A stretch of DNA of 64,000 nt, from NCBI GenBank assembly GCA_963422395.1, contig OY729431.1:2368001-2432000 (forward strand), read 5' to 3'. The notes under the pieces were generated by a model that worked only from the letters and a program-made list of their open reading frames with translations, was not told the DNA's origin and ran no database searches. This document shows, in pieces, positions 1 through 8,170 of this stretch. How positions within the stretch are numbered: position 1 is the stretch's first letter; each line of letters opens with the position of its first letter. The position numbers were made by a program, and so were the translations under genes. This DNA is from Vicinamibacteria bacterium. GTDB taxonomy: Bacteria > Acidobacteriota > Vicinamibacteria > Marinacidobacterales > Marinacidobacteraceae.

Positions 1-758
1 ATGGGCGGCTCGGGAACCGGCACCGCTACCAGACGGTCCAGTGCGGCGAGGAGCGCCTGGGCGAAGCTGCGGTCGGGGCGTCCCAATTCGGTGTAGGCGA
101 GCTCCAGAAGGGGCATCGTCTCCTGGATCGCCCGCGCCAGGCCCGGGATATCGACCGCGGAGATCGCGCGGGCGAGCGGGTCGTAGCGGGCGAAGGACTC
201 GGGATGCAGCTGGCGCGCTTCGCCTTCTCCGCTGGCCTCGAAGGATCCGTCCGGCGCCAGCCCGGCCAGCGCCCGGCGCGGAGAATCGCCCTCCGCCACA
301 TTTTCGACCGCGACCACGATACGCCGCGCCAGATCGTCGCTCAGCAACCAGGCGAGCGCATCGGGGTGGTCGGTCAGGGCCGCGAGCAGCGCCCGCAGGA
401 AACCGTCGCTCGCATCGAGGGGCGGCAGAGCAGGCGGCTCCACGGCCACCGGTTCCGGCTCGGGCGCTGCGGTCTCGGCCGGCGGCTCGGGCTCCGGGGG
501 AGGCTCGCTGCGACCGAACCACCAGTATCCTGCGGCCGCAAGCGCCACCGCGAGCCCGGTGATGCCCAGGACCCGCGTCCACCACCCGCCGCTTCCGAGC
601 GCCGAAGCCGATTCCCCGATTCCCGGGGCGGGCTTCGAGGGAAGCACCTGCCCCCATTCGTCGTCCTCGACGCCGTTTTCTTCGGCGGGATCGCCCGCGA
701 GGGAAGGGTCGAAGGGAGAACCCTTGAACCCCCCCGGATCCTCTCGATCGTTCTGCAT
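1..758 (-). CDS. DUF3014-family membrane-anchored protein (3' end outside window)
   Basis: My own translation (not in ORF track): ATG at 758, TM segment WWTRVLGITGLAVALAAAGYWWF, Pro-rich linker, then LPPLDASDGFLR...RRIVVAVENVAEG...SFARYDPLA...PLLELAYTELGRPDRSF; open to window edge. Confidence 0.8.
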   Translation of the reverse strand, partial: MQNDREDPGGFKGSPFDPSLAGDPAEENGVEDDEWGQVLPSKPAPGIGESASALGSGGWWTRVLGITGLAVALAAAGYWWFGRSEPPPEPEPPAETAAPEPEPVAVEPPALPPLDASDGFLRALLAALTDHPDALAWLLSDDLARRIVVAVENVAEGDSPRRALAGLAPDGSFEASGEGEARQLHPESFARYDPLARAISAVDIPGLARAIQETMPLLELAYTELGRPDRSFAQALLAALDRLVAVPVPEPP

Positions 759-918
759 GCGGCGACGGCTCCCCTTTCGACCTTCCTCCGCTCGACCTTT
801 CAAAATTCGGCCAGCGGCGGGGGCGGGGAAAGCAGATGATAGTCCGCCCCGACCCCGGAAGCGGGCTCCGGCGCCCGACCGTCGGAGCCCGCCGCGCCGC
901 GTATCATCAGCGGAGGCG

Positions 919-1098
919 ATGATCCGGTTCCGCACCCTTGCGATCGTCATGGTTCTCGCCTCCGTCATCTACGCGCTCCTTCCCCGGAGCCGGAAGATGC
1001 GGCTCCTCGGCAAGCTGCGGGAGTTCGGACGGGCGCTGGTCATCTCGCTGGCGCTCTATTGGCTGCTGATGATCGGGAGAACCTGGTTCGCCGCCTAG
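919..1098 (+). CDS. Small two-TM hypothetical membrane protein (59 aa)
   Basis: GGAGG RBS before ATG 919; MIRFRTLAIVMVLASVIYALL...ALVISLALYWLLMIG; its stop codon lies in the CTAG at the MITE boundary. Confidence 0.6.
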   Translation: MIRFRTLAIVMVLASVIYALLPRSRKMRLLGKLREFGRALVISLALYWLLMIGRTWFAA

Positions 1099-1308
1099 CA
1101 GCCCGTGGACGAAGTCACACGGCAGTCGACCGGCGATGCCCAGTCCTCCCGGTGGGGGCCCCGGCTGAACCGCTTCGCTCTTCGTTGCGAATCCGTCGGA
1201 ATACGCCCGGTATGCCTCCCGATTCGCGCCTTGTCAGCCAGGCGCCGCCCCCACCGGGAGAACTGGCCCGGTCTCGGTGCTCGCGCCACTTCATCCACGG
1301 ACTGCTAG
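1095..1308. mobile_element. MITE family A, copy 1 (214 bp)
   Basis: Terminal inverted repeats CTAGCAGCCCGTGGACGAAGT / ACTTCATCCACGGACTGCTAG; internal long hairpin; homologous to 16355-16550 and 44039-44125. Confidence 0.9.
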
Positions 1309-1420
1309 TTGACAGCGCCGCAGAAAAAATGACCACTATATGTAGTAGGTCGATTCGTCGATGAACACTACATATAGTGGTCGATCGCGTCTGGAATCGT
1401 TCTGTGGCGCAGACTCCTAG
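1305..1420. mobile_element. MITE family B (116 bp), IS1182-derived ends
   Basis: CTAG-bounded; imperfect TIRs CTAGTTGACAGCGCCGCAGAA / TTCTGTGGCGCAGACTCCTAG; right end matches the end of the IS1182 remnant at 33258-33280. Confidence 0.75.
1333..1380. promoter_or_regulatory. Tandem NrdR-box-like sites inside MITE B
   Basis: CCACTATATGTAGTAG (1333-1348) and ACACTACATATAGTGG (1365-1380) versus consensus acaCwAtATaTwGtgt, with a 16-bp linker. Confidence 0.55.
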
Positions 1421-1494
1421 CTGATGCCGATCGAATCGAACCTCGACCGCCGCAGCGGCAGGAACGGAAACGGGAAGTCGAGAGAGAACGAACC

Positions 1495-1932
1495 ATGACC
1501 GAAGACCGCAAGATCCGCCGTTCGCCCAGCGAGTGGCGGGCGCGGCTGACTCCGGAGCAATTCGAAGTCACCCGGCGGGGCGCCACCGAGCCGCCGTACC
1601 GCGGCGCCCACTACCGAAGGACCGACCCGGGGGAGTACCGCTGCGTCTGCTGCGGCGCGCTGCTCTTCGCTTCCGAGGACAAATACCCCTCGGGGAGTGG
1701 TTGGCCGAGTTTCACCCGGCCGGTGGAAACGCGGGTCGTTTCGACCGCCGTGGACCGGAGCCTCGGGACGGTGCGCACCGAAGCGGCCTGCGCCCGCTGT
1801 GAGGCGCACCTCGGCCATGTGTTCCCGGACGGGCCGCCCGAGGCGACCGGCCAGCGCTGGTGCATCAACTCCGCTTCGCTCGAATTCTGCCCCCGGAACT
1901 CCGGGCGCGAGGGAAGCGGCGACGACCGCTGA
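1495..1932 (+). CDS. msrB: Peptide-methionine (R)-S-oxide reductase
   Basis: LTPEQFEVTRRGATEPP, CVCC, SGSGWPSF, CARCEAHLGHVFPDGP, RWCINSASL. Confidence 0.97.
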   Translation: MTEDRKIRRSPSEWRARLTPEQFEVTRRGATEPPYRGAHYRRTDPGEYRCVCCGALLFASEDKYPSGSGWPSFTRPVETRVVSTAVDRSLGTVRTEAACARCEAHLGHVFPDGPPEATGQRWCINSASLEFCPRNSGREGSGDDR

Positions 1933-2671
1933 CCCGCTCCTCGCCATCCTCCTGCTGCTGCCGGCGGGATTCGTGGCGGGAATGCTCAATGTGGCGGCCG
2001 GCGGCGGGTCGTTCCTGACTCTGCCGCTGCTCCTCTTCCTCGGCCTGCCCCACACGGTCGCCAACGGAACGAACCGGCTGGCGATCCTGATCCAGACGGC
2101 GGGCGCCGTCGAGGCGTTTCGCCGGGCCGAGGTGATTCCGTCCGCGGTGCTGACCCGGCTGGGGCTCGCCGCCGTGCTCGGCGCGGGACTCGGCAGCACC
2201 CTCGCCCTCGAGGTCGGGGAAGCGGTGTTCCTGCGCTTCCTCTCCATCGTGATGGTGCTGTTCACCCTCTTGCCGGTGCTCGGGATCCGGCGGAAGGCTT
2301 CGGAAGAGGGCCGGCCGAAGGCGGGAGCCGCACTCTTCGCGGCCTTCCTGGTCGTCGGCTTCTACGGCGGATTCGTGCAGGCCGGCGTCGGCTTCCTGTC
2401 GCTCGGGGCGACCTCCTGGGCCGGCTTCGGACTGGTGGCAGGGAACGCGATCAAGGTCGCCTGCATCTTCCTCTTCTCCATCGTCTCGCTCTGCGTGTTC
2501 GCGGGAAACGGGATGGTGGACTGGCCGGTCGGGCTCGCGCTCGGCGGCGGCGCCTTCGCCGGGGCGCTGGTGGGCGCCCGGCTCACCCTGCGGGCGGACG
2601 ACCGGGTCCTGCGATTCCTGGTCACGGCGGCCACTCTCGGCTTCGCCGCAGCGCTCTGGCTGCGAGCCTGA
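1922..2671 (+). CDS. Sulfite exporter TauE/SafE family permease (start uncertain)
   Basis: GFVAGMLNVAAGGGSFLTLP, VANGTNR, GFYGGFVQAGVG; about 8 TM segments. Confidence 0.88.
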   Translation, partial: TTADPLLAILLLLPAGFVAGMLNVAAGGGSFLTLPLLLFLGLPHTVANGTNRLAILIQTAGAVEAFRRAEVIPSAVLTRLGLAAVLGAGLGSTLALEVGEAVFLRFLSIVMVLFTLLPVLGIRRKASEEGRPKAGAALFAAFLVVGFYGGFVQAGVGFLSLGATSWAGFGLVAGNAIKVACIFLFSIVSLCVFAGNGMVDWPVGLALGGGAFAGALVGARLTLRADDRVLRFLVTAATLGFAAALWLRA

Positions 2672-2685
2672 CATTTCGCCGCCCG

Positions 2686-3915
2686 GTGGAATCCCCGAAG
2701 AACCTTCCGTCCACCTCCCCGGGCTTCGCTGGGAGCGGCGGCGGGCCGCAGCCCCGAAAGGGAAACCCCTGGGAGGTCCCGGCGAACGCATTGCCGCACC
2801 GCCGGCTGCGGCTTCGGCCTCCGGGGCCGTTCCCGCTGGAGAGCGGCGCAGTGCTGGACCGACTCGAGATCGCCTGCGAAACCTGGGGCGGCCCCGACTC
2901 GGAGCGGGGCAATGCAGTACTGATCTGTCCAGCGCTCTCCGCCGACGCCCACGCCGCTGGCCGGGGAGGCGCGGGCCTCGGCTGGTGGGACCCGATGATC
3001 GGCCCGGGAAAGGCGTTCGACACCGACCGCTTCTTCGTGATCTGCATGAGCCTCCTGGGCGGGTGCGGCGGAACCACCGGCCCCGGAAGCCCGAAACCCC
3101 AGAGCTCGCGCGCCTACGGACCCGACTTCCCCCCGGTGACCGTGGGAGACATCACCCGCGCCTCCCGCGCCGGGCTCCACGAACTGGGGATCCGGCGCCT
3201 CGCCGCCATCGCCGGCGGCTCGCTCGGGGGCATGCAGGCGCTCGAGTGGGCAGCGGCATATCCCGACGAGATCGATGCGGTCGCCGCCGTCGCCAGCACC
3301 GCCGCGCTCTCGACGCAGGGAATCGGCTGGAACGCAGTCGCTCGGAACGCCATCACCGGGGATCCGGCGTGGCACGGAGGACGCTACTCCGAGCACGGGA
3401 CCCGCCCGACGGCGGGCCTCGGAGTCGCCCGGATGGTGGGTCATCTCACCTACCTTTCGGCACCCGGCCTCGAAGCGAAATTCGGACGAAGGCTCCAGGA
3501 CCGCGAGGACTTCGCCGGCGACCTCGAAGCCGCCGACTTCCAGGTCGAGTCCTACCTGCGCCATCAGGCGGCGAAGTTCGATCGGCGTTTCGACGCGAAC
3601 GCCTACCTGCTGCTCTCACGGGCGCTGACCTGGTTCGATCTGGCTCGGCGCCACGGCGGCGGCGACCTCGCAGCAGCCGCCGCCCGCTTCCGCTGCCGCA
3701 CACTCCTGCTCTCTTTCTCCTCGGATTGGCTGTACCCTTCCTCGGATTCGGCTCGCCTCGCTGCCGCCCTCAGAAGCCGCCGCCGGCACGTCGTTCATCA
3801 CGAAATAAAAACGACTTACGGACATGATTCCTTCCTGCTGGAGGCGGCGCGGATGACCCCGCTCCTCCGGGACTTCCTGCACCGAACCCGAAGGACGAAG
3901 CCCTCCCTCCGATGA
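2686..3915 (+). CDS. metX: Homoserine O-acetyltransferase (true start may be TTG 2791)
   Basis: GWWDPMIGPGKAFDTDRFFVIC, GGSLGGMQALEW, SSDWLYP, YGHDSFLLE. Confidence 0.95.
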   Translation: MESPKNLPSTSPGFAGSGGGPQPRKGNPWEVPANALPHRRLRLRPPGPFPLESGAVLDRLEIACETWGGPDSERGNAVLICPALSADAHAAGRGGAGLGWWDPMIGPGKAFDTDRFFVICMSLLGGCGGTTGPGSPKPQSSRAYGPDFPPVTVGDITRASRAGLHELGIRRLAAIAGGSLGGMQALEWAAAYPDEIDAVAAVASTAALSTQGIGWNAVARNAITGDPAWHGGRYSEHGTRPTAGLGVARMVGHLTYLSAPGLEAKFGRRLQDREDFAGDLEAADFQVESYLRHQAAKFDRRFDANAYLLLSRALTWFDLARRHGGGDLAAAAARFRCRTLLLSFSSDWLYPSSDSARLAAALRSRRRHVVHHEIKTTYGHDSFLLEAARMTPLLRDFLHRTRRTKPSLR

Positions 3916-5264
3916 GCGACGCCGGGGCGGGCGCCGAGACTCGCAGTTTCGGTTTCGCCACCCGCGCGGTGCATGCCGGGGCACGCCCGGAGCCGTACAC
4001 CGGCGCGCGCGCCACCCCGATCTTCCAGACCACCAGCTATGTCTTCGAGGACCCGGACCGGGCGGCGGCCTATTTCGACCTCCAGGACTACGGCAACACC
4101 TACTCGCGGATCGTGAACCCCACCGTGGCGGCGCTCGAAGAGCGGCTCGCTAGCCTCGAAGGCGGAGTCGGCGCGGTGGCCTTCGCGTCGGGGCTCGCGG
4201 CGCAGTCGGCGGCTTTCTTCACGATCCTCCGTCCGGGCGACCATGTGGCAGCGTCCCGGGCGCTCTACGGCGGCACGCTGACCCAGCTGCGCCACCTCGC
4301 TTCGAAGCTCGGATTCGGGGTGTCCTTCGTGGACCCCGACGACCTGGCTGCCTGGAGCGCCGCGGTCCGGGAGGAGACCCGCCTGCTCTTCTCCGAAACG
4401 ATCAGCAATCCCGGCGGCAAGGTGCTCGACATCGAGGCGGTGGCGGAGATCGCCCACCAGCGCGGCATCCCGCTGCTGGTGGACTCCACGCTCGCGACCC
4501 CATGGCTCTGCCGGCCGCTCGAATGGGGCGCCGACATCGTGGTCCACTCGACCACCAAGTTCCTCGGGGGCCACGGGACCAGCATCGGCGGCGCGGTCGT
4601 CGAATCGGGGCGGTTTCCCTGGGGGAACGGCAAGTTCCCCGGCGTCGCCGAACCGTCTCCGGCGTATCACGGGCTCGCCTTCCCCGAAACCTTCGGGGAG
4701 TACGGATTCCTGATGAAGCTGCGCGCGGAGACGCTCCGCGATCTGGGCGCCTGCCTGTCGCCGTTCAACGCCTTCCTGTTCCTCCTCGGGGCCGAGACGC
4801 TGCCGCTGCGGATGGAGCGGCACACCCGCAACGCGCTGGCGCTCGCCGGCTTCCTCGAGCAGCAACCGGGAGTCGCCGCAGTGGCCCACCCGGGCCTGCC
4901 GGGCAGCCGCTACGCGCGACTCACCGCGAAATACCTGCCTCGAGGCGCGGGGGCGGTGTTCTCGTTCGATCTCGAAGGCGGCCGGGAGGCCGGTGTGCGC
5001 TTCATCGAAGCGCTGTCGCTGTTCTCCCATCTCGCGAATGTGGGCGACGCGAAGAGCCTGGTGATCCATCCGGCGAGCACGACCCACCGGCAACTGAGCG
5101 AAGCGGAGCTCGGAAGCACGGGCATCGCACCGGGGACGATCCGGCTCTCGGTGGGCCTCGAGGACGAAGGAGACCTGATCTGGGACCTCGAACGCGGTCT
5201 CGACGCCGCCCGCGCGCCCGGATCCGCGCCGGAACCCGGAGGAGAGGCCCGGTGTCCGCAGTAG
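3912..5264 (+). CDS. metY: O-acetylhomoserine aminocarboxypropyltransferase
   Basis: PIFQTTSYVF, YSRIVNPT, HSTTKFLGGHG (PLP Lys), LANVGDAKSLVIHPASTTH; ATGA overlap with metX. Confidence 0.95.
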   Translation: MSDAGAGAETRSFGFATRAVHAGARPEPYTGARATPIFQTTSYVFEDPDRAAAYFDLQDYGNTYSRIVNPTVAALEERLASLEGGVGAVAFASGLAAQSAAFFTILRPGDHVAASRALYGGTLTQLRHLASKLGFGVSFVDPDDLAAWSAAVREETRLLFSETISNPGGKVLDIEAVAEIAHQRGIPLLVDSTLATPWLCRPLEWGADIVVHSTTKFLGGHGTSIGGAVVESGRFPWGNGKFPGVAEPSPAYHGLAFPETFGEYGFLMKLRAETLRDLGACLSPFNAFLFLLGAETLPLRMERHTRNALALAGFLEQQPGVAAVAHPGLPGSRYARLTAKYLPRGAGAVFSFDLEGGREAGVRFIEALSLFSHLANVGDAKSLVIHPASTTHRQLSEAELGSTGIAPGTIRLSVGLEDEGDLIWDLERGLDAARAPGSAPEPGGEARCPQ

Positions 5265-5791
5265 CCGCCTGCGATCTCCCGCCCCGGACGGCGCCGGGAG
5301 GGAGCAGCGAGGCAGCCGACTTCGCCCGCTATCAGGACGCCGGAGTCATCCGCCGCCTGCTTCGTTCGGCGCGCACGGTGGCGATCGTCGGGCTTTCGTC
5401 GAAGGAACTGCGGGCGAGCCACTTCGTGGGGCGCTACCTGCAGCAGAACGGATACCGGGTGATCCCGGTGAATCCCCGGGAGCAGGAGATCCTCGGCGAG
5501 CGCTCGTACCCGAGTGTGGCCGCCATCGAGGAACCGGTGGACATCGTGGATGTCTTCCGCGCGAAGGCGGCGGTCCCGGCGATCGTCGAGGAGAGTGCCG
5601 GGAAGGCGAAGGCGGTGTGGCTCCAGTTCGGGGTGATCCACGAGGAAGCCGCTCGCCGCGCCGGGAAGCTCGGGCTCGAAGTGGTCATGGACCGCTGCCT
5701 GAAGGTGGAGCACGCGAGGCACTTCGGCCGCTTGCACTGGTTCGGCTTCTCCACCCGGCGGATCGGCGCCAGAAGAACGGAGAGCCGCTGA
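5252..5791 (+). CDS. CoA-binding protein (YccU-like)
   Basis: TVAIVGLS...RASHFVGRYLQQNGYRVIPVNP, VDIVDVFR, VWLQFGVIHEEAA, VVMDRCLKVEH. Confidence 0.92.
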   Translation: MSAVAACDLPPRTAPGGSSEAADFARYQDAGVIRRLLRSARTVAIVGLSSKELRASHFVGRYLQQNGYRVIPVNPREQEILGERSYPSVAAIEEPVDIVDVFRAKAAVPAIVEESAGKAKAVWLQFGVIHEEAARRAGKLGLEVVMDRCLKVEHARHFGRLHWFGFSTRRIGARRTESR

Positions 5792-6417
5792 TGCCCCCCC
5801 GCGGGAGCAGCGCGGAGCAATCCGCACCTCCGGCGGCGGACTCCACCATCTTTCGCCAGTTCGTCATGCGCCCGCGGGAGATCGGGGCGCTCAGCCGCAG
5901 TTCTCCGGCGCTCGCCCGCCGGATGGCGGAGGCGGTCCGCTGGCCGACTTCGGGCACGGTCATCGAAGCGGGGCCGGGCGACGGGGCGATCACCGAGGAG
6001 CTGCTGGCCGAAAAACCGGACGGAGCGTCGTTCCTCGCCGTCGAGGTGAACCCGGAGTTCGCCGCGGCGCTCCAGCGAAAGCTGCCCGAGGTGCGAGTCG
6101 TTCTCGACGATCTGCTGCACCTGCCCCGGATCTGCGCCCGCGAAGGGGTCTCGGAGGTCGATGTGGTGGTGGCGACCCTGCCCTGGTCGCTCCTGCCGCA
6201 GAAACGGCAGAAGGCGCTCTTGCGAGCGATCCTCGACACCCTCTCGCCGACGGGGCAGTTCCTGTTCTACATCTATGTCCAGGCGCTTCCGCTCTGGCAC
6301 CTCTCCTCGTTCGCGCGGCTGCTGCGCGAGCGGTTCGGGACCATCGAGCGCGGAAGGGTGGTGTGGCGCAACCTGCCGCCGGCGATCATCTTCGACTGCC
6401 GGGATCTGCGGGACTGA
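5791..6417 (+). CDS. SAM-dependent methyltransferase, phospholipid N-methyltransferase (PmtA)-like
   Basis: PREIGALSRSSPALARRMA, VIEAGPGDGAIT, VWRNLPPA. Confidence 0.85.
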   Translation: MPPRGSSAEQSAPPAADSTIFRQFVMRPREIGALSRSSPALARRMAEAVRWPTSGTVIEAGPGDGAITEELLAEKPDGASFLAVEVNPEFAAALQRKLPEVRVVLDDLLHLPRICAREGVSEVDVVVATLPWSLLPQKRQKALLRAILDTLSPTGQFLFYIYVQALPLWHLSSFARLLRERFGTIERGRVVWRNLPPAIIFDCRDLRD

Positions 6418-7540
6418 TCCGGGGCTCCGCCAGCCCGGATTTCGCCTGCCCGGATTCCAGCTGCCGGGAGACCGTTCGAAGGATGCGGCCGGACCCGAGG
6501 CAGCGATCGCTCCGGTAGAACACCGCGAACTGCCCGGGGGCGATGCCGGCGTCGGGCTCGTCGAGGAGCACTTCGCCGACACCGTCCGCAGCGATCCGCA
6601 GCTCGGCGGCAGCGAGTTCCGGGGCGTGGCGGACCCGGACCAGCAGCCGCTCGCTGCCAGCGATGGATGCCCCGGGTCCGATCCAGTGGAGGTCCCCGAC
6701 CGCGAAGCGCCGGACGGGCGGGCCGGCGGCACGGCGCACGAACACCCGGTTCGCCGCCGCGTCCTTCGCCGAGACGAACCACGGCCCCCCGGAGAGACCG
6801 AGCCCCTTCCGCTGCCCCACGGTGAAGAGCCAGTGCCCGCGGTGGCTCCCGATCTCGCCCCCGGTCACTTCGTCCACCACCGGGCCCGGGTGCTCGCCGA
6901 GGTGGGCGGCGATGAAGTCGCGGTAGCGGACGCCGCCGAGAAAGCAGATCCCCTGGCTGTCCCGACGATCCTTCGGGGCCAGGCCGAGCCGGGCGGCGAT
7001 CCGGCGGACATCCGCCTTCTCGAGACCGCCCACCGGGAAGAGCGAGCGCTCGAGCTGGGCGGCGCTGATCCGAGAGAGGAAATAGGTCTGGTCCTTCACC
7101 GGATCCGCTCCCCGGTGGAGCTCGGGCCCCTCGGCTCCGCCGACCCGAAGCGCGTAGTGCCCGGTGGCCAACCGCTCGAAGCGGCGGCGCGGAAGCTCGG
7201 CGTCCAGCCAGTCGGGAAAGGCCCCGAACTTGATCCGGGCGTTACAGAAGAGATCCGGACTCGGGGTGCCGCCGCGTTCGAGCTCGTCCAGCAAGTAGGC
7301 GACCACCCGCTCGCGGTAGGCCCGCTGCAAGGAGAGGACGGTGAGGGGAACGCCGAGCTGTCCGGTGACCGCGCGGACGAAGCGGAGATCCTCCTCCCAG
7401 GGGCAGCGGCCCAGATGTTCCAGCTCGTCCTCGAGCCAGACTTTCAGGTAGAAAGCGTGGACCTCATGCCCCGCTTCGACGAGGCGGGCGAGGGCGACGG
7501 AGCTGTCCACCCCCCCCGAGGCGAGCAGAGCGACGCGCAT
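6386..7540 (-). CDS. mnmA: tRNA 2-thiouridine(34) synthase
   Basis: SGGVDSSVA, TPSPDLFCNARIKFG, ATGHYA, KDQTYFL, DSQGICFLG, TVGQRKGL, APGQFAVFY. Confidence 0.97.
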   Translation of the reverse strand: MRVALLASGGVDSSVALARLVEAGHEVHAFYLKVWLEDELEHLGRCPWEEDLRFVRAVTGQLGVPLTVLSLQRAYRERVVAYLLDELERGGTPSPDLFCNARIKFGAFPDWLDAELPRRRFERLATGHYALRVGGAEGPELHRGADPVKDQTYFLSRISAAQLERSLFPVGGLEKADVRRIAARLGLAPKDRRDSQGICFLGGVRYRDFIAAHLGEHPGPVVDEVTGGEIGSHRGHWLFTVGQRKGLGLSGGPWFVSAKDAAANRVFVRRAAGPPVRRFAVGDLHWIGPGASIAGSERLLVRVRHAPELAAAELRIAADGVGEVLLDEPDAGIAPGQFAVFYRSDRCLGSGRILRTVSRQLESGQAKSGLAEPRISPADPGSRR

Positions 7541-7639
7541 GGGTCGGATCAGTCCGGGAATCATCGCGCCCCCCGGGGGGTGTCGGTTTCGAGCTCGTCG
7601 GCGGTAGGATTCGGAGCGCTCCGCGAGAGCTACCCCTTC

Positions 7640-8158
7640 ATGACGGTCCCACCGAGCGATCCGAGCGGTCTCCGGCAGGGGAGCCTGCTCGCCATCTGGA
7701 CCAAAAGCGGGCGCGCCGAGCCCATGATCCCCCGAAACGAGGGAGAGCTGGTCTGCGGCGAAGGGCTCAGCGGTTCCGCCCCGGCGCGGGGGAAGCGGCA
7801 AGTCACGGTGCTCTCGCAGGAAGCCTGGTCGCAGGCGGCAGCCGAGGCGGGGCATCCGGACGCCGACCCGATGCTGCGCCGCGCCAACCTGCTGGTCCGC
7901 GGCGTGGATCTCCGGGAGACGCGGGGGCGCACGCTGGCGGTGGGCGAAACGCGGATCCTGATCCACGGCGAGACGAAGCCCTGCGAGCGGATGGACGCGG
8001 CTGCCGGTTCCCTCCGGGAAGCGCTCGGCCCCGACTGGCGCGCGGGGGTCTTCGGCGAAGTTCTCTGCGGCGGGCCGATCCGGGTGGGGGACCCCGTCGG
8101 CTGGATGGCGCCAGACCCGGTGATGCCAGACCCGGTGATGCCAGACCCGGTGAGCTGA
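7640..8158 (+). CDS. MOSC domain protein
   Basis: KRQVTVLS, RRANLLVRGVDL, ETKPCERMD, GGPIRVGD. Confidence 0.9.
   Translation: MTVPPSDPSGLRQGSLLAIWTKSGRAEPMIPRNEGELVCGEGLSGSAPARGKRQVTVLSQEAWSQAAAEAGHPDADPMLRRANLLVRGVDLRETRGRTLAVGETRILIHGETKPCERMDAAAGSLREALGPDWRAGVFGEVLCGGPIRVGDPVGWMAPDPVMPDPVMPDPVS
8111..8153 (+). repeat. 15-bp tandem repeat (about 3 copies) encoding PDPVM
   Basis: CCAGACCCGGTGATG repeated at the 3' end of the MOSC gene. Confidence 0.9.
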
Positions 8159-8170
8159 CGGGCGGAGCCC

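Noticed and set aside
1105-1308. 67-aa and 61-aa ORFs (also 16365-16550) as a small protein family
   Set aside because: They lie wholly within MITE A copies, so the similarity is explained by the repeat.
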